Positions 36,936-51,682 of a stretch of DNA of 64,000 bases are shown piece after piece. Under the pieces are notes generated by a model. The model was given only the letters and a program-made list of their open reading frames with translations, was not told the DNA's origin and ran no database searches. Source of the DNA: Eledone cirrhosa. Lineage: Eukaryota. How positions within the stretch are numbered: position 1 is the stretch's first letter; every line of letters starts with the position of its first letter. The stretch covers positions 186,620,001-186,684,000 of the forward strand of contig OZ024743.1 in the NCBI GenBank assembly GCA_964016885.1, read 5' to 3'. A program made the position numbers and the translations under genes.

Positions 36936-37599
36936 ATTTACTGGAAAAGGGGGATGGATACTTGAGAAGGGAGGTGGAATCTGTATTAGAATTGGTGCCA
37001 ACTTTACATGCTTGTAATAAAGAAGGTTTCTTTGGTCCCCTGTAGTCAAGTGGATCCATGCAGAAAAGAAATGTTCAAACCCTGTAGTCTAGCTGCCTCA
37101 CAATCCACCAAAACACACAATACTAGTACCTTTAGTATATTAATAGTGATAGTGAAAATAAAATAATACATATTAAAATTGAATTCCAATAATACAAACA
37201 CTAGAACTAAAGATTAATAAGTACTAGAGAAATGTAATTATGTAATCTTGTTGCAGAGCTGTTCTGCTATAGAAATAGTTGCAGGTGGTATAGAAATAGT
37301 TGCAATATGGCCACCAGATATGATGTTTAGTTGCAATAAAAACAGACAGCTGCTGGGCAAATAAGCAACCCCAGATCAACAACAGTCAACTACTAGGGGA
37401 AATGGAGCAATGTGTGACACCTGTAGCTCCCAAGAAAACTCTCACAAGCCAGTGATGTAGCTATGATGATGTGAATAAAGGCTGCATCTAAAAAAGCCTA
37501 GTCTTTGCAGGTTTGAGAAAGTACCAGATTTGTGATTGGTGTGAATAAGACCACTAAAACTGAAACTGCAATATGGTGAGAGATACGAAAAATAACCAT

Positions 37600-38425
37600 G
37601 CCACATCAACCTTTGTGTAGGTTAACAAATAAGGGACAAGATTGCATATCCTGAGACCCCAAAGGGGTTCAGAACAAAGCAAATCTTGACAATTGGAACC
37701 TGGAACATGACAACCCTTACAGATAAGGAGCAGGAACGGAGGAGACTAGATGCTAGCAGCTGGATATAGTTTGGGTTTCCTCAACAAAGTTCTGTAGATT
37801 TGAATGGAGAATGGAAACTCTACTATTCAGGTGTGGTACCAGAAATGACTAGACACGTGGGAGTGGGGATACTCACAAGCTCCCTGGCTGTCAGAATGTG
37901 TTATGGACTGGATACCATTAGGAGAGAGGATTTGGTTCTTGAAGCTTAGGCTGGAAAATAGGTCTCTGTTGGTGGTGCAATTTTATGCACCAAACAAGGA
38001 GTTCGAAAACAGATCCTTCCTTGATGAAGTCACTGCAGTATTAGATGAAATGGGGTTCCTCTGAAGGGTCTTTGGAGTAGTGTTACTTGATAGAGTGTGT
38101 AGCTCGGAGATCAGAGTCACTCTAGGTAGAGGCACTACTTTGACTTGAGAGATCACAGCTCTGATACTATGGGCATGTGGTTAGAATGTCCCAGGAAAGA
38201 ATCGCTGGACAGATTTTACAGGCAAAACCAATCAGCAGGAGACCCAGGGAAAACCCCGAGCAAGATGGTTGGACAAAATCTATGAGCTTAGTTGGTATCA
38301 CTTGGGGATCCAGCCAGATTCGTTGGAGACAGTTTCTTCTGACAGGACCAGCTAGAAGGAGTGTTTGAGGATTCTACCCCCATGACCCTCTCAGGAATAA
38401 GTGGATGAAGAAAAAGAAGAGAGAA
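37600..38425 (+). mobile_element. Expander-like RTE, bipartite (5' EN part fused to 3' end)
   Basis: LTIGTWNMTTLTDKEQE...GVGIL...LLVVQFYAPN (EN) joined at about 38050 to the 3' segment matching 1632-2000. Confidence 0.8.
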
Positions 38426-38800
38426 GAATCTTTAGCCAAGTTGAAAGAGTAGCATTAATATTGCATTATGTTTTACCTTTAAAGAGGTTACAAAAACTAC
38501 TTTCTATCAATTATCCATTGCATTTGGGTTAAAAAAAAATTCTTTATAGATAACATTTGAAATAGTGAATGACAAATCAGGGTTTTAACATCAAGATAAA
38601 CTTTACTGTATTAAGAATATCCAGTAAAAGGATATGGGTTTTTTTCTTTTAGCTTTATTTGTTAAAATGCCTTATTATTGAATAGATATTATTAGGTAGC
38701 TGTTCTCTGAACACAATAAGAAATTGCATCAGTATATCAGATCAGACCAAATCTTATAGATTAGATTTACTACTTCCCTTATATATATATGTATATGTAT

Positions 38801-38859
<59 letters not shown>

Positions 38860-38892
38860 GTGTGTATGTGTGTGTGTGTGTGTGTGAGAGAG

Positions 38893-39290
38893 AAGATGCA
38901 TGGCTTTGTGGTTAGGGCATTTGGCCCACAATTGTAAGGTCATGAGTTGAAACCTGACGATGCATTGTGTCCTTGATCAAGACACTTTATTTCACTTTGT
39001 TCCAAAACACTCAGCTGACAAAAATAATTTGTACCTGTAATTCAAAGGGCCAGTCTTGTAATATTCTGTCATACTGAATCTCCCTGAGAACTACATTAAT
39101 GGTACAGATATCTGTGAAATGCTCAGCCACCTACACATTAATTTCACAAGTAGGCTGTTCCCTTGATCAGATCAACTGGAACACTTGTCTTCTAATTTAG
39201 ACTTTAGTAGATGACACTTGCCTAAAGTGTTATTAAGTAGTACTGAACCTCAAACCACATGATTGTGAAGCAAACTCCTTAAACACACAC
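38893..39290 (+). mobile_element. Second tRNA-SINE family with CORE-like central domain
   Basis: tggctttgtggttagggc (A box), gagttgaaacc (B box), then tgtgtccttgatcaagacacttta resembling the CORE domain start. Confidence 0.6.
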
Positions 39291-42087
39291 CCACATATTT
39301 TCAAATTTTAGGGTTTATATATTAAAAATGGACTGTTTCTATAAAAAATTGATGTGAGTAAAACAATATGTTGGGATAGAGCATAGAGTTATATCTTCTA
39401 CTAATATGGTAGCTGTAACCTATGAAGAAACATTCACTGTATTAACTCTAGATCATCACTACGCTTCTACTAAAAGCAAAAAATGTTATGTTGACTAAAA
39501 TGATAGAAACTCCTATATGGTGCTTCACATTGGTATATACAACATTTAAAGATGGTTCAGTTGTCTAGCTATATATTACTATGAAGCATTATAAAAAGAA
39601 AGAGTCTAATTTTTGTGCAGTTAAGAATATTAAAATATAGAACAACCTGCCTACACTAGGGCATATAAAAAACCTTTTTTCATATGACAAATGTTCCTTT
39701 CGAAAATATTAGTATCTACTTTTTGTAGCACATGAAAATAAATGTTTGCGTTTTAATTTTCATTGTTTATATTTCCCATCGAATCTATGATTAAGCTCTC
39801 ACATATGCAATCGGGAAGTGAAAAGCTTTAATCAACTGAGATTTTCCACACAATTAGTGAACGAAAAACAATTGCTGTAGTGATGTTTAAAATCTAGAAA
39901 CAACACACATTTGATGATGTAGACATTGTAGATTGAAGTGGATAGTATGCACATCACAACCCTGAGGAATTTTTCCTTAACTGTTTTATGGGTATACCAC
40001 TCAAGGCTACCACTATATAACCAATTCTATTGACAATCCTTAGAAAGGTATATAGCCTTCTTTATATACAAATCAAGGAAACCTTACACACATTAGCTAG
40101 CATTTCAAAACAGTTTCCTACTTTCCAGAACTGTTGTGGTCAGAACTGCCAGAACATATTAACATCAAATAATGTTTTGAGCCATCTATTTAGTAGGTCA
40201 ATGATAGAAAAAGAATAAATTCCATTTACTGCGGTTCTTTGGGGAATGCAAAAGAATAGTTGGCAGAATTCTTTGACTGGCTATTAAATTACTCTTTAAT
40301 AGTTGGAATGACACCAATATAGAGGGTTGCATGTCAGATATTTGAAATTGCATCTAAATACTTATATCAATCTACTAATAAAAGATGTCAAAATTTACTA
40401 TAGACTTTTACTTGACTCATGTTTAAGATTAAGATAAGAAAATAGTTAATGTAACTGAAGAAGTAATTTCAACTATCTGAGAACAGTTAACTATATAGTA
40501 TTCAGATTTGAAAACCAAGTCGATCACACTCTTTTATTGATTGACAGTCTATCTGCTACATAGTGCAAGGATAATCACCACAACTACAGACACTACCATC
40601 ATCCCTCCTGCTTTTATTACTACTACAACATATATTATATATATATATATATATATACATAAAAAAACGTTAATATTAGAGTACCATTAATTATCTCAAA
40701 GGGTTTTATAATTTGGGCAATCATTTCATTTCTAGATCTTTTTTCTATTTAGATAAGGTAGCCGATTTGGCAGAGTCGTTAGAGTGTTGGATATTTGTTA
40801 TAGGTCTCTGCATTCCAAGTTCAAACCCTACTAAGGTCTACTTTACATTTTAGCCTTCAGGGTCAATAAAGAAAGAACCACCCCAACGCTGGTGTTGCAT
40901 TGTCTCCTTTCAACTCTCACATCCTGGATGTTTGACTAGGTCAAAGGAGTAAGGAGTGTCTATGCCTGCTTATGATTTCATGGGCACCTAAAAGACTTAG
41001 TGAAAGAATAGTAAAAATCACCAAGTTATACTCAATTTTGAGTAACAGCTGTAGTAATAATACTATTTATATATTTTGAGACAGATGATTAGTCTAACAA
41101 TAAAGCACAATGATACAATAGAATATCAGAAAGTGTATCTCTGTAAAGACACTTAAATCACCCAAATTGATTCGATTGTTAAACAAAAGGCCTTGCAGTG
41201 TATAATTGCATCTGTTTGCATTTTGAGTTTGAATTCCATTGAAGTTGGCTTTATCTTTCATCCTTCTGGAGTCAATAAAATATATACCAGTCAAATACAG
41301 TTCCCTACTTGAATATTTTGGTCTTTGCCTAAAGCACAAGATTGTTAGAAATGTTACAACACCAGACTAAAAGCATGACATCAGTTACATTTCATCTTGC
41401 TATATTTTCAGTTCAAAAACTTGTGGCTGATGTAAAAGAAACAATTCCAGTTGTAAGGGTCCAATAAACTGAATGAAGGTAGGAACAAAAAGTGAAAAAT
41501 TTGAAACTGAAACTTCAGCATAGAAAATTCCTTTATGCTGGTTGATGAGCATTGTATAAATAAGAAAGTAATTGAAACATGCTTATATATCTCTTGTCTA
41601 ATAGGTGAGACAAGCTCTGAATACATGATGCAAACAAATGTGTATTCTAAAGATGGTTGTTGATAATGAGTGCACAACAAAATACAAATTTAATGAGCAT
41701 ACAAGCCATGCCATGTAATCAGTTTAGATTAGGTACACCATATCCCTGTACGTTGTATGATGTAACTCAACGAGTTGGTGTCAGGAAGACTATCCAAGTG
41801 TAAAATGCTGCCTCAATAAGTCCTGTCCAACTCATATCAACATTGAAAAGTCAACATAAATCGATGATAATGATATAATGACTGACTGCCATGTGGTTAA
41901 GCCTACCAAATATTATATATACGCACAATGAAATGGAAAATTATTTATGTTGAACAATTTGATGGGAAGCTGTCATGGATGCAGAATTAGTTGTGAGGTT
42001 AAGAAGTTAAATTTATAACCATGTAGGTTGGCATTTGATCCTACTTCAGGACATTTTAGGTAAGTGTCTTTGTCCATTAGCTTCATT

Positions 42088-42279
<192 letters not shown>

Positions 42280-42723
42280 TGTATCTGTGTATATTTTTGC
42301 TATCACACTTTGGCAAAGTATATAAACATTAGAGTGAAAAATGTTAAGAAATAAATGAAGTCCCTCAAAATATTTGTTCAGCATCAAGTTACATATATTC
42401 CCTTGTAACTCTCATCATTAGAAATATAGTGAACCATTGATTTGCCCATTATTTTGAAACAATATAATATAAATAGATCAATGACAATATGCTAATTTGC
42501 ATAAATACCACAAATGTTAATATCAATGCAGATAGAGCTATGATAGTGAATACAATAGATATAGTGATCCCCAGTAGAAGACTTGCTTTTTCAGTGAGGT
42601 CATGGCCATAAACAATGTTTGACTGCTGACAAATGAAAACAAGAGGATTAGCACATCTTGCGACATAAAGATCAAAATCAAATGAATATAGAACTCTGAA
42701 ATGAAAATCGAGCCAGCTAGCAT

Positions 42724-42933
42724 TTAACCCTTTAGCATTTAAACCGGCTGTATCTAGCCAGAGTTCTCTCACCTCCATAACCAGTCACTCATACTGATGT
42801 TAAGGTATTGTTTTCAAAATAAATAATATCAAAATCTCATAGATTTGATATTATGTGAGATATTATGAGAGATAAAGCCTTTACTGTGAAAATACAATAG
42901 TATATATAGAGTAATGTAAAACTAAAGAGTTAA
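42724..42933. mobile_element. TTAA-flanked (piggyBac-type) MITE
   Basis: ttaaCCCTTTAGCATTTA ... TAAAACTAAAGAGttaa. Same family at about 22849-23052, 33582-33691, 44109-44413, 63368-63541 and 63815-64000. Confidence 0.8.
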
Positions 42934-44108
42934 GCTATGACAGCTAATCTTTCAAAAGATTCAACAGTTAAACATATGCCACAAAATAATTCAATGATTA
43001 TCTATTAAGAATTTAGAAATATTGGGAAGGATAAGGATAATCATTCTAATAGTTAGTATTTCTTGTATTGCAAGAATGATTAGGATGTGAGAAGACCTGT
43101 CTAAATACAGGTGGAACAATCTTGATCAGAGAAATTTAAAATCTTCAACTGGTTGAAAATGGGATTTTAGTGAAAAAATTCCTAACATTGAGATAATATG
43201 TTTTTACTTACATAATATTTGAGTTATAACAAATCATCATATAAAACTTTGATATTCAATAGCACCCAGTTAGATTGTCTATGGCATTAGTTCTGGCTAT
43301 CTGTACTCTGTGTTTCAATCCCTCCATGGTCAACTTTGCTTTTCATTCTTTTATTGGTGATAAAGTAGCAGTTCAGGGCAGTAAATTAGTGAAATTATTA
43401 TAACATTAGTTGGGATGTCTTGCAGAATATCTTTCCCAGTTATGTGTCTTCTGAGTTAGAATCATGCTTCCTATCATTGGAAAGATGGTGACATGACAAT
43501 ACATTAAAATAACCAACAAATCTCCTATGAGATGCAGCCTTACATAAGTTTGGGGAAACCTGCACAGGTTGTGATGAAGTTTATTATATTCATTTTTGTT
43601 TGGTTTGAATGGTATTTTAACAGTTTTATATGATAAAGATAAATGCTAGTAGATTATTATTTTCAGGAAATTGAGGCAAACAATCCCTTAAATCCCTACC
43701 ACAGTTAAATGAAGGACAGATTGGACAATACAGTTTTTGATACACAAAAAAAAACAGTATGAAGGCAATTGGAATGTTTTTAATAATAGGTTTACTGGAT
43801 TAAGGCTGACCTGGAGCACAACAACAACTATTCAGTGTTTGATAACATGTAGATTATTGTTATATACAAATAATTCATTAATTCATTAATTGCTTTTTTG
43901 TGTGATTTGAACTGCATATAATTAGTATTAGGAATGTTCTGAGTATTAATAGCATGAGAATGGTTCTAAAGTGTTAAGAGGACTGTTGGTTAAAATTAAT
44001 TTGAATAGATTTTATTCCACCCCGATACTTGTGAACACTGATTGACAAACATCATCATCGTAAACATCTTATATAATACAAAACATGTGCTTTTGTTTAG
44101 TCCATATT

Positions 44109-44413
44109 TTAACCCTTAGCATATCTGGCCAGAATTCTCTCACCTCTTTCTGTTCAAACCGGCCTTAAGTGGCCACTCATACTGACGTTAAGCTATTGTT
44201 CTCAAAATAAATAACATCAAAATCTCAATATTATGTGAGTTAATTATGTAAGATAAAGCCTTTACCACAAAAATATAATAGTATATATAATTGTTTCTAC
44301 GTTAGGCACAAGGCCAGCAATTACCCAGTGTATTACTGGTACTTTATTTTATCGAACTCGTAAGGATGAAAGGCAAAGTTAATGTATATATAATGTAAAT
44401 GCTAAAGGCTTAA
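44109..44413. mobile_element. piggyBac-type MITE interrupted by a truncated antisense SINE (44292-44383)
   Basis: ttaaCCCTTAGCA...TGCTAAAGGCttaa; SINE TSD GTATATATAAT at 44281 and 44384. Confidence 0.8.
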
Positions 44414-44538
44414 AGCAGTCAATGGTTAACTCAGCACAATCTAGAAGGAAAGAAATATATAAAAATACTGGGACTTGACCATTTCATGCTAGTTGGACAA
44501 AAATACAGATGAAAAGCAAAATGACCATGAGATTTACA

Positions 44539-44800
44539 TTGAGACCTCTGGTGTCTTTGGCTCCTACACTGCTACTTTCCTCCACAAAATTGGAAGGTCT
44601 AACTCTCACCTAAGGAAGGAGCCTCATGAGGTTGAGTGGCTGAGGCATGGGTGCCACTGGCTGTTTTCCATGACAATGCCTTCATCATCAACAGCAGGGT
44701 GCAGTTGAGATATACTGTCTAGACAAGGGTGCACAGTCTGTTACTCTCTCCACTCTTTCCTTATCTTCACTATTTTTTATTCTCTTTCTCTATGCAAACA
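44539..44800 (+). mobile_element. 3' fragment of an RLE-type (CRE-like) non-LTR element
   Basis: IETSGVFGSYTATFLHKIGR...KEPHEVEWLR; related copies at about 51030-51500 and 56340-56590. Confidence 0.6.
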
Positions 44801-47800
44801 TTATATAACCTAATTAACATTTGTTGAATTAGAATTGAATTTTAGGCCATAAAATAATCAATACTATGCAGTAGCTTTACTTTTTGCAGATGTGTGATGC
44901 ACTCCACCCTTATCTAGGGAAATAGCAGTGGTAATAAACTACAAACCATTACACTCAACTATCTGACCTATACCCTAATAAATTGTCAACTGGAGAACAT
45001 GGTATTGTGATATTTAAACAAAGACTTCTCTATTGACAAAAAGTTTGACAAAAAGTTCAACAAAAATACAGATGAAAAGCAAAATGACCATGAGATTTAC
45101 ACAAAGCATTTTAATGGTATTATCAACACATTGATTTAAAGTAGCTGGGAGATTGTATCAACAATTATATAAAACAGCATTTGCACAGATACCAGATATA
45201 AATTGAATGTTTCTTTTTGAAAAAGGGGACTGAGTAGAATATGAATAAATTGAATGTTTCTAGAGACTGCAATAATTTTCAACTCTTTATTGGGAGTTAT
45301 TAAAAGTATATAAACTGTGTGTGTATCTAAACCATGCATGTCCTGGTTTTTAGGACAGATACACTGTATTGTCTGTATTGACAGATACACTGTGTGTTGT
45401 AGGGGTTAGCATCAGGAGGGGCATCTAACTGTAAAATACTGTCTAAAACCATCCTGTCTAACCCATGCTAGCATCGAAAAGTGAACATAAAAATGATGAT
45501 AATGATGATGATATCCTCTTCAAAGAAGATTAGTTTTAAACATGGTCACTTAAAATTTCAGAATAAGATCAAAACAAACACTGAATGGAAGCTTAATATG
45601 TTCCTAAACTATTTTAAAATATTTTTACATTTAAAAAAATTTAAACCCTTGAAAATTTATGCCATCAAATGTAAATGTATCTAAAACCTTGTTACCTAAA
45701 ACAGAATATGATAGTAACTCAGAGATAATTTGGAATATTATATTTAATTGATTGAATTTACAAACGAATTTGAAAACTAGAAATATGAAAAGAAAGCAAA
45801 ACAACACCACTAAAGTAATCATTGTATTATTTTTCCTGTCATGTTATTTCTCTTAAATTCTAGAAATATACTACCTAAAGCTTCAAAGAGAAATAATTAA
45901 AATTTAACATAACATTTCAAAGAAAGAAAATTAATGAAAAAGGCAGAAGAATATTTTGAAAAATTAGAAGCCTATCCTTTAAGCTGAGGATGAAACAATC
46001 TATTTGTGAATACAAAGCCACTCATTGAGAGTAATAATTAAAATTAAAATGTAATGGGATGAATGATTTCTAATTCTGGCACGAAAATGCTTTGTTCCAT
46101 TGCATCGCTCTTTATGAGATCATTGACAAAGATTTAATTCCACAAGAGCCTGTTTATTAGAAAATGATGAGGTTTCATGTACATGGATATTTAGATGTTC
46201 AGTTAAAGCTGAACAGCATTTTACATCATGTTATCTTTGATCTGGAAAATGTTTTCCTGAAAATTGAATCATAGAACTTCCTTCTTTATATATAAAAAAG
46301 TTGATTTATTGTAATTATGAAGCTGGTAATTTAATATGTTCATGCAGCAATAAAAATGCATAATTGTTTCATCTCACCAAAATGTCTTTTATTATAGATA
46401 GAATCAATTTTTTTACACAAAATTACATTGCAGTGGGTCAATGATATGATTATAAAAATTTAGTTCAAAGATTTTTGCTTTGATTGATTTTTATTATTTT
46501 AATTTCATTATTTCCTACTTAAAGAGAATAATAATTTATGAAATAGAAAGTTATAATATTTGTAAAGAAAAGCTTTGTATGAAATATATATCAGGATGGA
46601 TATAATCATTTTTGACATTATATAAGTAATTGAGACAACTAGCAGAAGGAGTGTTGAGAAAATTTATGTTTCAAGTAAAAGATATATTTTATATGTAAAA
46701 AATCAAAAAATCTTATAGAGGTGCACAAACTGAATACACATATCTGTTGTAAAACCAATCTTTTCTAATCATCATGAGGATGTAACACTTTATGTTGAAA
46801 ATATTATACAGTTGAAAGTCAGACATCACGACCCTTGCTCTTATCATTATTAATATTTAGATCATCACAGATTGAATCAATACTCAAGCAGATACAGACT
46901 GCCCAAATGATCCAAAGGTCTACATCTAACTTACTCACATTCCTGCACTTAACTCTATATCTGAAACTCTACAAGTTAATTTATACTGAAGAGTAATATT
47001 TAAAGGTTTCTGTATGGTTGGTACACTGTAAAAAAGTATCTGCGGCTTTATATGAAACAAATATTTGATGATTTTAATAACTTCAAGTCATTTTAGACTT
47101 AAACAATATCAGGGGGATTTCAGTAACTTCAAACAATCTTAGAATGGAAGCAATATGTGAAAATGACAATGACAGCAACCAATATTAAGACAAAAGCAAA
47201 GCCTAGAGATTTATAAAATTAAAGTAGTCTTAAGATAAAAATTATATCTTTTAAGATCACCATGACTACAATCTGAAATTGATATCTGGAGATTATCCAA
47301 ACAATTTCATTATGGAATCATCCTAACTTGAGGCAGTGAAACTATAATCAATATATGGGCTTTGCTATGACTGCTGGCAACATTAGGCTGAAAAAGGCAA
47401 GAATGCATGACTGGAGGCTAGCTGAGATATAAATTTCAGCAAGTAAAGTAAATACAATGTTCAGATTAAGTATAGATTACTAATTATTACAATGTAAATT
47501 AAGTTAGCTTTAATAATAATAATCGATTTGGGTAGTAAAGGAAAAACAAATTATTTCAAAAACCAATAATTTCAAGATCTACTTTTGATATAAACAAATT
47601 ATTTTGATGCTTTTTTTGTAAAGTGAACTAATAAATAATGACGATTTCAACAAAGCTAAGATAATTATTTGCATGATATAACATCAGAAATAATATATAA
47701 AAACAATGATTTTTAACTAAGGAACAAAGCCACATAAACTCAGAGAAAATGGAATAGACAATCAAATAGACTTGACAGGTATGTATTTTGTCAAACCCCT

Positions 47801-49329
47801 GAAAGATGAAAAGCAAAGCTAGCCCTTTTGGTATTTGAACTCAGAACACAATGGAATATAACTAAAAATATTGGACATGGTTCTTTAAATCAAGTGTTAC
47901 ATTATATAAAAATAATATTTATGGGAGCATCTATTGGCACTAGTAGTAGAGCATTTGACTAAACAGCACCTTGATTCATCAATATGATATGAATTTAAAA
48001 CCCACAGAAGTTCAACAATCATCATTTCAGGCTTAATAAAGTCAATGGCAGTAATCTAATAGGATCCAATTATCACCATCCTCCTCATCATCATATTACA
48101 TCTATTCACTCATGTTGGCACAGTTTCTATGGCTGGATGCCCTTCCTAATACTAAACAATTTACAGAGTTTACTAGGTTCATTTCATTTTGGTGCCAACA
48201 CAAGATAAATTGTTCTATCCCTGATGTGGTTAAAGAGCCCCTTTTTGGCATGCTTTCAATGGCTGAATGCCCTTTCTAAATCCAACCACTTTACAAGGTG
48301 TACTGCTTTATCTTATGACACCAGCACTAGAGAGACTTATGTCCTAGACAATACATTAATATATGAAGCACACTCTCTCATAACAGAATATGGCTTTGTA
48401 TCTAGTAGAAAAAAAACTTTTATAAGCTGTACATAGATATGCATACATTATGTCGATAATAATTTACATAAAATAGAAATATTTTCTTGGGTTTTCTTAG
48501 GATGGTGGTTGGGGGCTTTTCTTTACAAGTCTTTCATTTTTCTCTTTCATGTACTATGTGTTATCTGTAACAATATTTTCTTGAATGTAAACATGTATTA
48601 ACCCTTCAATCTTGAGTTTAACAGGAAATAAATTTTACTGAACTGTCAAACTTTTCTTTTACAGATTAGAAAATAAATATGAATAAAAGTCTTGCAGTGA
48701 AATTGAGGTAAGGTACAAATTAAGTATGAGCTAATATTTACAGTTTAATCTATAACCAGGTCCATGGCATGCCATATCGTCAATGAAGTTCACTTGTATT
48801 AATGTCTTTATTCTAGCTTGCTTGAATAAAGTATTGTGCTTATAATGCTGAAGCATCAAGAGACACATGTCTATTTTCTATTGAGTGTTCATATGTTTAT
48901 CCTCCTTCATGTACTTTACACTTGGTATTCATAACCATCTATTTATTCCATTCATAAGTAATAAGTGTATAACTGTCCAAACTATTGTGTTGAATTTTAT
49001 CCCTTTATATTAAAAAAGTAACAGCCATTGATAAAATAAGTATCTGTGTAGAGCATTGCCTGAGAGATTGTAAAACATGAACTGTTGATAGAGAACCTTT
49101 ACTGCAGACTTGTTATTGAACTAGTCAGAAGCGACGACACTTCTAGTGAGACAGGTAACAAGACCTGGAATTTAGGGATAGATTGCTCCTTCTTACATTT
49201 ATAAATGTTTGCAATAAACAACTGTTCAACAAATGACCATTTATTGTTATTTTGCATATAGCTTAACTAAAGCTATAACAGTCTGAAATAAGTATATTCA
49301 ACTAAAACACTGAAGGTCATGCCCCAGTT

Positions 49330-49560
49330 TATCTACAAACCTATGAGAAACTAGTAAAAGAATAAGTAAACTTTCGTTTGACATTTAAACAAAGTGTTAA
49401 GCAAATATAAAAAGACCTCTGATATGGTTCTAGACTCTGTAGTCTGGAAACTAGGTGTAGATGAATGTTTTGGGAGAGCCATGCATGCCATGTTTAGTGC
49501 TGTCATCAGGAAAATGAAAATTGGCAATAAGGTCAGTGAGGAATCTAGCACACAACTATT
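49330..49560 (+). mobile_element. Decayed RTE RT fragment
   Basis: WKLGVDECFGRAMHAMFSAVIRKMKIGNKVSEE matches LRKLGVDEWLVKAVQAMYRGAVSKVRIGNEYSEE of the intact ORF. Confidence 0.7.
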
Positions 49561-51029
49561 TAAAAGTAATCGATAGCTTCCCTTACCTAGATTGCATAGA
49601 TCAATCACAAATATAAATACTATTACTTTTTAATCAATCATTATCCTCACTGTTTTACATCTATTTTCCATGCTTGTATAGGTTAGATGGGTTGTCACAT
49701 TCTGAGGTTAGACAGGCAGGTCAGACAACTGTGTTTTACACATGCATTCTTTTTTGGCATGAAATCTACAAACAGATGCTCTTCCTAACCTAATGCCAAA
49801 CACTTCATGGCATGTACCAGGTTTGTTTTCTCATTGCACTACCACTACCATCTGACAGGGTTTTTTTTTGTGACACCAGCACTACCACTTTACAGTTTAG
49901 ATTTTATTAGAGAAACCAAGTATCTCCATATCATTATTTAATTCTGTTTTTAATTATTTATTGTGGTAGGATTCTCTTCATCTCTTGATCTAAATATTCA
50001 CTCCAATGGTTGCAGCTCAACAAAACAAAACGAATATTCATATAAAAGACCTTTGAAACAACTCTAATGATGAAGATAGAGTCACTAGATGCAACAGAAG
50101 AATGCAATGCAATAGCTCTTTCTAATGATTTTGCACAAAATAATCTTGGCTCTAAAACAATAAAGGATTAACAAAACAAAAGAGATATTATTTCATTCTA
50201 AATCCTCAAAAGTTTGGTTGAAGTGTTAATTAAACTAAAATATTTAACAAAATTGTGATTGTCAACTATAGTCAGTCATGGAACAAAAGACATTGCTTTG
50301 AGAATTTATTTTGAATAAGGACTTTGTTAAAACTAAAAATTCTGAATGAAAGCTTTCATAATTGATTCCGTCTCAAATTGTTTTATTCAGATTCTAAAGA
50401 TGTTAAAATGTAATTGTTTATTAAAAGAATCGTGAAATGGCAAGGATACAATGATTTATCCTTTATTTCTAGAAAACTTGTCACTTAAAGAAATAAATTT
50501 TAATTGACTAGATTTGAAATATATTTAATTTTGAATCTTGAAATAAAATGGTTAAGACTGGAAACAAAGAAGAGAGAAGGAAAAAAAGAATGACAATGGA
50601 TATAAAAGATAAGAAAAAATACTAATACAGTTTCAATATTTATGACATTGCACTTTTAGCTATATCCTTATAAAAAAAATGCAATTTTCACTTTTTTATA
50701 TTACTAAATTCACTGAATGAATTGAAAATGAAGAGAAAACACACACAGACATACACACACAGACATACACACACACACACACACAGACACCCACACACAA
50801 ACACAAAGGAACACTATAAAGTAATTTTTGGTGTTCGCACAGAAAATTTAAGCTGCAAAGTGTTATGCTATGCAGTAGTTTGAATGTATGAATAATCCCT
50901 GTTATTTCATCAAAGTTCAGAAAGTATGACTGAAAAATAAATATAATCCTAATTCCATGAAAGCAATATATCAGGTGCCTTGATGTGGCTTCTTATCACA
51001 ACTGGAGCCAGCTGGCCTTGATCATGGTG

Positions 51030-51500
51030 ATGGTAAATGCTCAGATGGGATAATCTCTTCTCATTTGAGAGAAGTAAATCCCTAATCAGGGATGCCACGT
51101 GCTGCAACTCATTCTCTGCCTCCAACCTTGTCATCTCAGCTGCAAACCCAGGCATTGCCACCCGCAGTGCAGAGGAGAGAAACATTGCCAAATACTGGGG
51201 TTTGATGGACCGCTTCCCTTTCACGCCAGTTGCTGTTAAGATTTCAGGTGTCCTAGGTCCCCAATCTACCATTTTCCTTTGTAAAATTTAAAAAATGGCA
51301 GCCCGCCTAAGGAAAGAGCTCTATGAAGCAGAGTGGTGTTGCTGGCCATTCTCTGTGGCAATGCCTTCACCATTTTGTCCTCAGCATGAATTTGAGAGAT
51401 ACTACTTGGACTGGGGTGTAGAGTCTGTTGCTCCCGTCCTCTCTTCCATTCCCTTCATTCATTTTATTTCTTTTATTTTTCTTCTGTTCTTCATTTCCAT
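51030..51500 (+). mobile_element. CRE-like RLE non-LTR 3' fragment
   Basis: LFSFERSKSLIRDATCCNSF...PGIATRSAEERNIAKY..LMDRFPFTPVAVKISGVLGP resembles the PD..W.G.L.WD.T...AE..K..KY...F.P.A.ET.G..GP restriction-like endonuclease of CRE-type elements. Confidence 0.7.
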
Positions 51501-51682
51501 TATTTAATATACTACTAAAAAGCTTATAATGCATTAATAACCAGATATGATATAAGAAATGAGAATGGCTAAACATATATACAAAACTGTGTCAGTCACA
51601 ATTAATCCATCAACAAAAATGATTAAAAAAGAATAAAAAGATAGTCCAATTACATAAAATAAAAAGATAGCAGCCATGAGAG

